The notes under the pieces were generated by a model that saw only the letters and a list, made by a program, of their open reading frames with translations, was not told where the DNA came from and searched no databases. A stretch of DNA of 64,000 nt from Octopus sinensis (lineage: Eukaryota): the NCBI RefSeq assembly GCF_006345805.1, contig NC_043017.1, forward strand, positions 25,110,001 through 25,174,000. Reading direction: 5' to 3'. Of the stretch, positions 40,877-53,700 are shown piece after piece. Positions within the stretch are counted from its first letter, which is position 1, and each line of letters starts with the position of its first letter. Position numbers and translations under genes: made by a program.

Positions 40877-43800
40877 TACCACCACCACCACTTTACCACT
40901 ACTATCATCACTGTTACTACTACTACTACATTAGCACCACCACCACCACTATTACTACTTACCACCACAACCACTACAGCTATTACCACTATCACTACCA
41001 CCACCACTGCAAGGAGAGCAAATGACACAGCTGCTAGAAATACTACCAAATCTTCAGGAAAGGACATTTTAGACCAGAGGTTCTCAACAGGTGCCATGTG
41101 CACTCCACCCACCATGGAGCCATTTGGAGCTCACGGGAGGCGTTTTGGAGCAAAGGGGCTCTCTTACACCAAAGAGCACTCTTTCGATAGACAACATGTT
41201 GATCTCATAAGTGCCGCATGATGGAAATAAAAGCAATTACCAAACTTTCAATTTATTATTTAATTTTTTTGCATTTCAATTTGTACATCTCTTCTCCCAA
41301 ATGTGTACAAGCGCATTTGTTTTGTAAAACAAAGTTCTTTATTTTTTAATGAGTAGTAAATTGAAAAAATAAAAATATTTTCTAGTGGTGGTGGTGGGGG
41401 GGGGGCATTTGTGACTGCAAGGGTCAAAATGGGGCCTTTGGCCAAAATGGGTTGAGAACCTTTGTTTTAGACTGTTAGATAATGGAGTCCTAAAGTAAGC
41501 CTAAAAACAAAACAAAACGAAAAGAAATAAAACAAATTAAATTATTCAATTCATATCCCATACATACACATAGATGTGCACACAAACACACAGATATATA
41601 TTTCACACATACACAAACATAGACTCACATACTCACACATCTACACAAAAAAAACAACAAAACAAAAACAAAAACGATGTTGAAACGAGCACTTACAGTA
41701 ATTATCTCCTTCTTGTAATTATATACGACAGCCTTAACGAGGATCTGTTCCAGTCTTTTCACCACATAAGGAAGGCTGACTTTTGTGATGACTTTTTTGA
41801 AAGTAATAATATCGATCGGTTTGGCCACACAGAACGGGACTTTGTCTCCGACACTCATTCCTTGAATGTGCCAACTGGTCACAGAGGCTGGTAGAGTGAA
41901 GTTAAGTCGATAAACTCCACTTTTGCTGTAAGTAAAATATATATAATAATAATAATAATAATAGGCTGAGGTGAGGTTGAAAACAAATATGAATTTTTAA
42001 AAAATGGAATTGTAAATCTGGTCTTGTGGTTAAGAAGTTTGTATCACAACCATATTAGCTTGTTGTTCTGGGTTTGGGTCATACTGCTTGGAATATTTGG
42101 TGTTTTCTGCTACAGCTTTAGGTTGTCTAAATTGCCCTGGGAATTAAATTTCATTGATGGAAACTGTTGCATATATGTATGTCCTGGATATGATTTTAAA
42201 TTGCATCTGATTATTGGGCCCTGGTTTTGGGAGTTTCAGAGTTTTCAGGAGTGTGGAGCCATTGCCTAGCCACTATTTGTTCCCTGGTTTACTTTGACTT
42301 GGAACAGTAGCATCTGTCAAGGTCAAATTCCGCCGAGGTCGTCTTTGCGTTTCATCCTTTCGGGGTCAATTAAATAAGTACCAGTTACGCATTGGGGTCG
42401 ATATAATCGACTTAATCCGTTTGTCTGTCCTTGTTTGTCCTCTCTGTGTTTAGCCCCTTGTGGGTAGTAAAGAAATAGCTATAGTTTAACTAGCATATGA
42501 ACCACTAGGAATGACAGATCCCTTATTCTCGTTAGAACTTCCTTCTCGGAGAAGGTAAACTCATATAAAAAACAAAAAGAAACCCTGATGTGCAGTTGCT
42601 TTCTGGTCATCTTAGCCTTTGTTGAGTCACTGGTTTTATAAATAATTGTACTGAAAACTGAATTTATTGCTGTGCAACACTTTAAATCATCCCTATTGAG
42701 CTCTATGGACTCACAAGGACTGGTTTCCCAGTTTCCATGGCATACACACACACACAGTTATTATAATTAAGGGCTCTGCTGACAAGGAAAAGCCATTGGG
42801 CAAATCCAGAAACTGATCAATCCAAGGCTCTCTGAGCACGGCACTCAGCTGATGATTGCAGCCAGACGAGAAATGTAGTGCTCAGTGTTTTTCTTCTTCT
42901 TCTATATGTAATAATATAGGGTAAAATTAATTAATTAATTAATTAATTAATAATGTTACCAAGTAGTCAGTATGTTAAAAAATCCTTTTTTAGGTAAATT
43001 ATACAAAATATTCTATAATTATGTATGCAATTATAGAATATTTTATATATACACTAGCAGTATCGCCTGGCGTTGCTCGGGTTTGTAAGGGAAATAACTA
43101 TATAAGCATTTTTAGAGATGTAAAGTATAATAGCCATCTCAATATGGCTAACCACAAAGGGGGGGGGGTGTTACTGTAGCTTTTTACGTTCTGAGATTTA
43201 ATAATAAATTTTTAAAGAGTTACTTCCCCTATATATGCCAAAAATGCATTAAAAATGGGAAAAATTGATGGTAAATTTTATTTTAAATCGTAGACTCATC
43301 ATAGATGCGCACTAATACCCAGAAGGGCTCGATATGAATCACGACTATAAGATACCCAGTTTTGGTTAAACTGCACCGCAAAATGTGGGAGTAGTTAGGA
43401 ATCTAAATCGTAGGAGACAGACAGCACACAACCTCACTTTTATATATATACATATGTGTATTTGGAAGAATAATGTTATCATAAGCATCATCATCACCAT
43501 TAGTAGCAACAGTTTGATGATGATGGTGATGATGATGATGGTGAATGTTGCCACTTACTTCAGTTGGTATTGAGTAAATAATTCAGATTCTGGGAAGTAT
43601 TCACTCAGCAGCGTTTTTATGCGATTATTTCGGTCGTTTGTAATTCTGAAGTGGTCTGAAATAAAATTTAGAAGCAGAGAAATATGTAAGCTAAAATAAA
43701 AATTTTGAGGTCTAATAAATTTGTCTTTAAAAAAACCCCCAAAAAACAGAAGCACGTCACATGTACTCTTTACTCTTTTTCTCTTTTACTTGTTTCAGTC

Positions 43801-46800
43801 ATGTGACTGTGGCCATGCTGGAGCACTGCCTTTAGTCGAGCAAATCGACACCCAGGACTTATTCTTTGTAAGCCTAGTACTTATTCTATCGGTCTCTTTT
43901 GCCGAACCGCTAAGTTATGGGGATGTAAGCACACCAGCCTTTGATCAATTTTAATCCTTCAGCTATATATATATGTATATATAGATAGATATATCTGATG
44001 ATGATGTAGTGACATCATGTTCCAGTGCAACGTCCTTCTTCAGTATGCGTGTGTGGAGCGTCCTTCTTCAGTGTGCGTGTGTGGAGCGTCCTTCTTCAGT
44101 ATGCGTGTGTGGAGCGTCCTTCTTCAGTATGCGTGTGTGGAGCGTCCTTCTTCAGTGTGCGTGTGTGGAGTGTCCTTCTTCAGTGTGCGTGTGTGGAGCG
44201 TCCTTCTTCAGTATGCGGAGCGTCCTTCTTCAGTGTGCGGAGCGTCCTTCTTCAGTATGCGTGTGTGGAGCGTCCTTCTTCAGTGTGCGTGTGCGGAGCG
44301 TCCTTCTTCAGTATGCGTGTGGGAAGCGTCCTTCTTCAGTGTGCGTGTGTGGAGCGTCCTTCTTCAGTGTGCGTGTGTGGAGCGTCCTTCTTCAGTGTGC
44401 GTGTGTGGAGTGTCCTTCTTCAATGTGCGTGTGTGGAGCGTCCTTCTTCAGTGTGCGTGTGTGGAGTGTCCTTCTTCAGTGTGCGTGTGTGGAGAGTCCT
44501 TCTTCAGTGTGCGTGTGTGGAGTGTCCTTCTTCAATGTGCGTGTGTGGAGCGTCCTTCTTCAGTGTGCGTGTGTGGAGTGTCCTTCTTCAGTGTGCGTGT
44601 GTGGAGCGTCCTTCTTCAGTATGCGTGTGTGGAGCGTCCTTCTTCAGTATGCGTGTGCGGAGCGTCCTTCTTCAGTGTGCGGAGCGTCCTTCTTCAGTAT
44701 GCGTGTGTGGAGCGTCCTTCTTCAGTGTGCGTGTGCGGAGCGTCCTTCTTCAGTATGCGTGTGTGGAGCGTCCTTCTTCAGTATGCGTGTGCGGAGCGTC
44801 CTTCTTCAGTATGCGGAGCGTCCTTCTTCAGTATGCGTGTGTGGAGCGTCCTTCTTCAGTATGCGTGTGTGGAGCGTCCTTCTTCAGTGTGCGTGTGTGG
44901 AGCGTCCTTCTTCAGTATGCGTGTGCGGAGCGTCCTTCTTCAGTATGCGGAGCGTCCTTCTTCAGTATGCGTGTGTGGAGCGTCCTTCTTCAGTATGCGG
45001 AGCGTCCTTCTTCAGTATGCGTGTGTGGAGCGTCCTTCTTCAGTATGCGTGTGTGGAGCGTCCTTCTTCAGTATGCGTGTGTGGAGCGTCCTTCTTCAGT
45101 ATGCGGAGCGTCCTTCTTCAGTGTGTGGAGTGTCCTTCTTCAGTGTGTGTGTGCGGAGCGTCCTTCTTCAGTATGCGTGTGTGGAGCGTCCTTCTTCAGT
45201 GTGCGTGTGTGGAGTGTCCTTCTTCAGTGTGCGTGTGCGGAGCGTCCTTCTTCAGTGTGCGTGTGTGGAGCGTCCTTCTTCAGTGTGCGTGTGTGGAGCG
45301 TCCTTCTTCAGTATGCGTGTGTGGAGCGTCCTTCTTCAGTATGCGTGTGCGGAGCGTCCTTCTTCAGTGTGCGTGTGTGGAGCGTCCTTCTTCAGTATGC
45401 GTGTGCGGAGCGTCCTTCTTCAGTGTGTGGAGCGTCCTTCTTCAGTGTGCGTGTGCGGAGCGTCCTTCTTCAGTGTGCGTGTGCGGAGCGTCCTTCTTCA
45501 GTGTGCGTGTGTGGAGCGTCCTTCTTCAGTGTGCGTGTGCGGAGCGTCCTTCTTCAGTGTGCGTGTGTGGAGCGTCCTTCTTCAGTGTGCGTGTGTGGAG
45601 CGTCCTTCTTCAGTGTGCGTGTGTGGAGCGTCCTTCTTCAGTGTGCGTGTGTGGAGAGTCCTTCTTCAGTGTGCGTGTGTGGAGCGTCCTTCTTCAGTGT
45701 GCGTGTGTGGAGCGTCCTTCTTCAGTATGCGTGTGTGGAGCGTCCTTCTTCAGTGTGCGTGTGCGGAGCGTCCTTCTTCAGTATGCGTGTGCGGAGCGTC
45801 CTTCTTCAGTGTGTGGAGCGTCCTTCTTCAGTGTGCGTGTGTGGAGCGTCCTTCTTCAGTGTGCGTGTGTGGAGCGTCCTTCTTCAGTGTGCGTGTGTGG
45901 AGCGTCCTTCTTCAGTGTGCGTGTGTGGAGCGTCCTTCTTCAGTGTGCGTGTGTGGAGAGTCCTTCTTCAGTGTGCGTGTGTGGAAAGTCCTTCTTCAGT
46001 GTGCGTGTGTGGAGAGTCCTTCTTCAGTGTGCGTGTGTGGAGAGTCCTTCTTCAGTGTGCGTGTGTGGAGCGTCCTTCTTCAGTGTGCGTGTGTGGAGCG
46101 TCCTTCTTCAGTGTGCGTGTGTGGAGCGTCCTTCTTCAGTGTGCATGTGTGGAGCGTCCTTCTTCAGTGTGCGTGTGTGGAGCGTCCTTCTTCAGTGTGC
46201 GTGTGTGGAGAGTCCTTCTTCAGTATGCGTGTGGGAAGCGTCCTTCTTCAGTGTGCGTGTGTGGAGCGTCCTTCTTCAGTATGCGTGTGGGAGCGTCCTT
46301 CTTCAGTGTGCGTGTGTGGAGCGTCCTTCTTCAGTGTGCGTGTGTGGAGCGTCCTTCTTCAGTGTGCGTGTGTGGAGAGTCCTTCTTCAGTATGCGTGTG
46401 GGAAGCGTCCTTCTTCAGTGTGCGTGTGTGGAGCGTCCTTCTTCAGTATGCGTGTGGGAAGCGTCCTTCTTCAGTGTGCGTGTGTGGAGCGTCCTTCTTC
46501 AGTGTGTGGAGCGTCCTTCTTCAGTGTGCGTGTGTGGAGCGTCCTTCTTCAGTATGCGTGTGGGAAGCGTCCTTCTTCAGTGTGCGTGTGTGGAGAGTCC
46601 TTCTTCAGTATGCGTGTGGGAAGCGTCCTTCTTCAGTGTGCGTGTGTGGAGCGTCCTTCTTCAGTGTGTGGAGCGTCCTTCTTCAGTGTGCGTGTGTGGA
46701 GCGTCCTTCTTCAGTATGCGTGTGGGAAGCGTCCTTCTTCAGTGTGCGTGTGTGGAGCGTCCTTCTTCAGTGTGTGGAGCGTCCTTCTTCAGTGTGCGTG

Positions 46801-48995
46801 TGTGGAGCGTCCTTCTTCAGTATGCGTGTGGGAAGCGTCCTTCTTCAGTGTGCGTGTGTGGAGAGTCCTTCTTCAGTATGCGTGTGGGAAGCGTCCTTCT
46901 TCAGTGTGCGTGTGTGGAGCGTCCTTCTTCAGTGTGCGTGTGTGGAGCGTCCTTCTTCAGTGTGCGTGTGTGGAGCGTCCTTCTTCAGTGTGCGTGTGGG
47001 AAGCGTCCTTCTTCAGTGTGCGTGTGCGGAGCGTCCTTCTTCAGTGTGCGTGTGTGGAGCGTCCTTCTTCAGTGTGCGTGTGCGGAGCGTCCTTCTTCAG
47101 TGTACGTGTGCGGGGTTGGAACCTTCTGGAAAGGCATAAGGAAGTTCCCTCATGCACATGCGCTAGAGACTGAAGAAGAAATTCTATTCGCGTACCTTAA
47201 TAGCGTCGGGGACTTGAGACACGGCGATAGAAGAGAAAGGACGTATTTTCATACGTGTGATCAGCCTATTCTCCTGTCCCAGATGCTTAGGATTTAACCT
47301 GTTCTATTAATGTTGAATTGTAAGAAACTTACAAACGTTAGAATTCAGCCTTGCTGTGTTGAACTAGGTGGATACCAGTATACCATCGTGTTTCATTGTT
47401 GAACCAAGAGAATAAAGAATTGTATATATTTTAAAACTTGCGTTTCGTTCCTGACTGGTAGTTTCTAGAAACAAAAAGAAAGGAAATTGTGTTGCACCCA
47501 AGTTGCACCCCAAAAGTGTAAAGAAGCAATCAGTTCCCTTTACAATGATGATGGGTTCTCTTGCCGTGAACAACAAATGAGGGTTTAATAAAATAAAGCA
47601 TTTATCATGTTCTATGGACATGAGTGTGTTTCTTGAGGCCTGCTGGTGCCTTGCAAATCTTTTGTCAAATGGAACAAGTTGAGGACTCAGTTTGCTTGAG
47701 TGCTTGTGGATCATTTACTATGTGTTTTCTTGAGTGGACAGCAAGGCCAGCTTTGCCTCGTGCCACAAAACCACATTGACAGGCAAGGTTTCCATATAGG
47801 GGAGCCACATTTTGCCAGTGTGCCCCCATGCCTGCACAAAGCCTGTCCTGATTCTGGAGTTGACTTTACTCAAATCCTTGAACTGAGGAGAAGCAAGACC
47901 AGTGCCAGGTTTTGCACTCTGATGTCCCCCTCTCCGGTTTATATGTGTGTACCTTTCTGTTTGTCCTCCACCACTACTTAAAAACTGATGTTGGGTTATT
48001 TACATCCCTGTAACTTAGCAGCTAAGCAAAACAGACCAATAGAATAAGTACAAGGCTTTAAAAAACAGTACTTGGGTCAACTCGTTTGACAAAAATTACC
48101 TTCAAGGCATTGCTCCAGCTTGGCTGAAGTTCAATGACTGAGACAAAACAAAAAGTAAACAATCAATCAATCAAATGAATAAATACCATTACTCACCAGT
48201 TCCATTGTCTACGATTATCGGTCCAATCGTTGCCTTGGGTAAGCAACAATCAAGGAAGGTTCTCTGGCAGTTTTCATCTTTGTTTGGGTACCTGAAGTTC
48301 AACCAACTTGCAGTGCAGTTGATTCCCTTCATCTGAGACCCAGTTATACAGCAAAAGTCTGGTACAGTCCAATAAAAAAAATCAAATATATGAAATGATA
48401 AAATGCAATGTTATTTATATACATTTGCATACATATATATATACCATTCTGCCTAAAAAAAATGGATCTACAAATGCAATATCCCTACATATCTCACATC
48501 TATTTTCTTTTATTTCTTCCACCTTACTCTCTATTTTATATCTTATTTAAATTAACTATTTCTTAACCATCCTCTCACACCGTCTCCAATGAAGGGATAT
48601 AATAAATATCCTGGAAACAGCTGTAAGACCTATCTATAAATGTTCTAAAATCTACACAGTCTTGGTTTTTTATCTCATTACGAAAAAAAATAATTATATA
48701 TGTATTGTATTGTATTGGCATCCTTTCTGTCTCGGGAGACAATGGAGTTGCGCATGAAGTAGTCTAGTCCGGCTTTTATATTTCATGTCCTGATACATTT
48801 CCTGCTGTGGGTGTGTAGTCCTATTCTGGACAAACACTCCCTCTGGCAGGTACCGCAAATGTAGCGAAGACTGTTCCTGGCTTGTTATAGTGCCATAGTT
48901 TCTTGTTTACGTCTCTTCCTTTCTTTCCATTTCTCCTCTCTCTCTCTGTCACTCCTTTGTATTCCCTCTTTTACGGTACGTCGCCATTATATATG

Positions 48996-49031
<36 letters not shown>

Positions 49032-49336
49032 TGTATAATAAAAGGGTAAAACTAATTAATTATTAATTAATTTTACCAAGTAGTGTTCAGTATGTAAAAA
49101 GACCATTTACGGTATATTTAAAACATTACGTTATATAATTAGGGTTAGTAAAATAAATTACTTTACCACACACCGAACTTTTAGAAATAGCAGCCAAAAA
49201 ATCTTAGCTATTTCTTCTACTGTAAGAAGAAATAGCTAAGATTTTTTGGCTGCTATTTCTAAAAGTTCGGTGTGTGGTAAAGTAATTTATTTTACTAACC
49301 CTAATTATATAACGTAATGTTTTAAATATATGTATG

Positions 49337-49414
<78 letters not shown>

Positions 49415-49621
49415 GTATGTATGTATATATATGTATGTATGTATATATATGTATGTATGTATATATATGTATGTATGTATATATATGTATGTATGTATAT
49501 ATATGTATGTATGTATATATATATGTATGTATGTATGTATATTATGTATGTATGTATATTATGTATGTATGTATGTATATATATGTATGTATGTATATAT
49601 ATGTATGTATGTATATATATG

Positions 49622-49653
<32 letters not shown>

Positions 49654-49664
49654 TATGTATGTAT

Positions 49665-49695
<31 letters not shown>

Positions 49696-50130
49696 TGTAT
49701 ATCCATGTGTGTGTGTTTTTATTGAAGGTACATGGCTTAGTGGTTAGGGTGTTGCACTCACAATTGCAAGATCGTGGTTTTGATTCCCAGACCAGGTGTT
49801 GTGTCGTGCTCTTGAGCAAAGCACTTCATTTCATGTTTCTCTGCAACCATTTCATCATCTGTCATGTGACATATGGTGCACCTGTACAGGTAATGTTGAT
49901 TTGATGGCAGAAGTGAGCTTATGTGAACACAAACGTTTGATCACTATAAACAAATCATCTGTGTGGTTGTTCAGCAAGAAATTGCCAAACCTTCCTACAA
50001 AAGTATCGAGTAACCCATCAGATTAATTTGAAATTGTTTTTATTATAACTGAACATAAAAAACATTAATATCTCTCTCTCTTACTCGCTTTCTCTCACTC
50101 ACTCACTCACTCTCTCTCTCTCTCTCTCTC

Positions 50131-50171
<41 letters not shown>

Positions 50172-50593
50172 GCATCCTTTTGTCTCGGGAGACAATGGAG
50201 TTGCGCATAAACTAATGCAGCCTGGTTCTTACATGTCATGTCCCCTCCTGTTTCCTCTCCAGTTTTGCGCAGGCCTGGGCTAGATGTAAGAAAATCCTGG
50301 GTAGCCCAATCGTCAGGAATCCTCTCTCGACCTTGCTGACGTAGTCCAAAGGAGTGCAGAGCATTACGTTTGGCACCATCTTGGTTGCAGGAGCTGCCGG
50401 AAGAGTGTCGAGTCGAACACTAAACCACCTACGGGGCTCCACTCTGGATTTCTTTGAAGGTTGTCTCCTTTCCGTAACCCTGGATAGGGGCTCATATCGG
50501 GTACTGTCAGCAGAGCCAGCTGAGCCTAGGACTCGTGTCAGGCAGGGTCATCACTCCCTGAAGTAGTGAAGAAAATCACTACCCACTACCTAA

Positions 50594-50637
<44 letters not shown>

Positions 50638-50753
50638 TTGTGTCTGGGGAGAGTTATTCTCTTTTTGTGCCTTATTAACACACTCACCGGTTCGGTTTCC
50701 ACTCATTTATTTTTTCTGAAATTTTCGTTGCATCTTATAACCTCTTCAGTAGT

Positions 50754-50795
<42 letters not shown>

Positions 50796-53700
50796 TGTGT
50801 GTGTGTACACACACAGAGGTTAAAAAAAGGATTCTGAAATATGTTACCTGATCTTTTGGTTCGTTTTAAAACCTTTTCTTTGGGGATTTTTTTCAAGGCA
50901 CAAAGCATATACGTACGTCCTGGTTTTGGTGTTGCAGGCAAACCTTTAGTCATAATATTGAAGCCTGAATCCTAGAAATAAATAAATAATTAGATAATTA
51001 AAAATATGAATTTCCAGTTTTAAATGAATATAATTAACCTAATACAAATTCAATCAAAATGAAATATATTTTGAGTTAATGTAAAACAATGTATATAGGT
51101 ATGACTGTATAATGAAGAAGTTTGTTTCCGAACCACATGGTTGTGGGTTCAGTCCCATTGCATGGTACCTTGGGCAATTGTCTTTTACTACAGCCCCAGG
51201 TTGATCAGTCTTGAGTGGATTTGGTAGGTGGAAACTGAAAGAAGCCCACCATAAATATATATACACGCACACATATATTATCATCATCATTATCATCATT
51301 TAACATTTGTTTTCTATGCTAGCATGGGTTGGATGGTTTGACCAGAGATGGGAAGCTGGAGAGATGTACCAGGTTCTAGTGTGATTTGGACAGGTTTCCA
51401 CAGCTGGGTATCCTTTCTGATGCTAACCACTTTACAGTACTGGGTGCTTTTTACATGGCACCATCACAGGTGCCTATGTTTTGCCAGTACAGGTGCTATC
51501 ACATGGCACCAGCATGGGAGCTTTTTACGTGGCACCAACATCAGTGCTTTTACGTGGCACCAGCATAGGGCCATGTAGGCCAATCCCCTTCAGCAGGAGA
51601 AGGAGCATTAACTATTCTGTTGAGGAGGACGAGTCTTCTTGAGTGCAGCAAAGCGCCAAATATCTTGGTCCTTTGTCATCCCCTCTGTAAAACTCAGTGT
51701 CCTGAGGTCCTCCATCAGTACTTCATCTCATGACTTCCTGGGTCTGTCCCTTCCATGAGTTCTAAGACAGAATATATAAACATATTCTATAATACAATGA
51801 AGGCACATGGCTCAGTGGTTAGAGCATCAAGCTCACAATTGTGAGGTTGTGAGTTTGATTCCCGGACCAGGCTGTGTGTTGTGTTCGTGAGCAAGACACT
51901 TTATTTCACATTGTTCCAGTTCACTCAGCTGTAGAAATGAGTTGTGACATCACTGGTGCCAAGCTGCAGCAGTCTATGCCTTTCCCTTGGATAACATCAG
52001 TGGCATGAAGAAAGGAGGTTGGTATGCATGGGTGACTGCTGGTCTCCCATAAACAACCTTGCCTAGACTTGTGTCTTGGAGGGGAACTTTTGAGGTGCAA
52101 TCCCATGGTCATTCATGACCGAAGGTTTTTTTTACCTTTCTACCTTCTATAGTACAGTATTCTAGCCATCTATTCTATAGTACTGATACTATACAATTTA
52201 TTATATTTATAGATTTATTAGCCAATATTGTGTCTTAAGGTGAATGAACACAGAGCATATAAATGTAATATGTCTGTGGACAGAACAGAAAGGAAACAGT
52301 TACATGTGCATGTTTCAAATCTTTGTTGGAATCTTCATCAGCAGCTCTGCTGACAAAGATTGTTGATGTATTTCATACAACAGGCTTCCTGCAGTTTCTT
52401 TCTCCCACATGCTTTCACAGTTCTGGGCTGTAGAAGATGACACTTACCCATAGTATGGAATAAACTTCTTAACCAAATGGCTATGAGAGAGGGGGAAAAA
52501 TCATCATCACCATCATTGTTTGACTGTGGTCGAGACAATGGAATTTACCATGCTACTCCAGACTTCATGGTCCATCATAGCATTACGGAGGTCCTGTTGC
52601 TGGATGCCTGTATCCCTGGAGATTACATCAGGGTAGGAGAGTGTGCGCCGTCTGGTATTGCGAGTAGATGGCTTCCAGAGGAGAAGAGGAGAAATTGCCT
52701 CGTTTTCAGCTCTACAACAATGTCCAGCAAACTGGACTCTCCTACTGTGAAAGGTAGGAGGAAACAAGAAAGCACCCCATTTCACAACAAAACAAACAAA
52801 CAAACAAGACATCAATGAAATATTGAGGGAGCTTCTCGTGGTTGTTTGGTCCCTTAGAAAACAAATCCAAAAAACAAAAAAAGGAAAGTTACATTGAATG
52901 GTATAGTCATCATAATCATCCTTTAACGGCTGTTTTCCATACTGACATGGGTTGGACAGTTTGATAGGAGTTGGCAAGCTGTACCAGGCCTTAATTGTCT
53001 GTTTTGGCATGGTTTCTGCAGCTGGACACCCTTCCTAACATCAGCCACTTTGCAGAGTGTCCTGGGTGCTTTTACTTGGTGCCAGCACAGATGCTTTTTA
53101 CATGACATGTGCAATTGGTGTTTTCTACCAAAACCACAATCATACAATTGTGAATGTAATACACTGACCACTCGGCCACACACTTTACAGATGCATCTGG
53201 GAAAAACAGCAACAAAAGAAATAGGAATGACCATGACTGGAGTACTTTTGTTGAGCAACAACAACAACAACAAAGTATTTATGAACTCACGTAAAAAACT
53301 TGTCCAGCGTTTAGACCACCTCCAGGAGAACAGCCAACATTGGAGAGTTTCATCATGTCTTTCACCTGAAATGGAATTGATTTACAAGTCACAGTTGATA
53401 TTCTGGGAGATGTATGCTGGTTGATCGAAGAAAGAGAACTTGAGCAGAAAATTTCATAGGACAGAAATACACGAATAGGATGATTACTACAAACTTGGTG
53501 GAATTTATTCAATTTCTCTGATAAATAATAAATCTCTATATATAAAGCTGAAGTTGTCTGTGTGTGTGTGTGGCAGGTTTGGTAGCCTCAACTAACACTA
53601 TCTCCTCCGAGACCCTGTGGCGTGAGTTGACCAAAATTGAGAGTATGATAGAAGAAGACTTGCTCTTCATTCCGTAGAAGAAAAAATTCAAATCGGACCA

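Noticed and set aside
42479-42751. Minus-strand ORF as a candidate exon between E11 and E12
   Set aside because: E11 and E12 already join in phase with expected spacing; no TEP motif
44030-47112. CRISPR-like array of ~28-bp direct repeats
   Set aside because: Units are contiguous with no unique spacers, no cas genes, eukaryotic context
44009-47297. Three ~1050-aa Cys/Val/Ser-rich ORFs
   Set aside because: Product of a stop-free 28-bp tandem unit open in all three frames; lies antisense in a C3 intron
47340-47930. Possible degenerate retroelement zinc-finger tail ([19 protein letters not shown] on minus)
   Set aside because: Short and frameshifted; family cannot be assigned without a search
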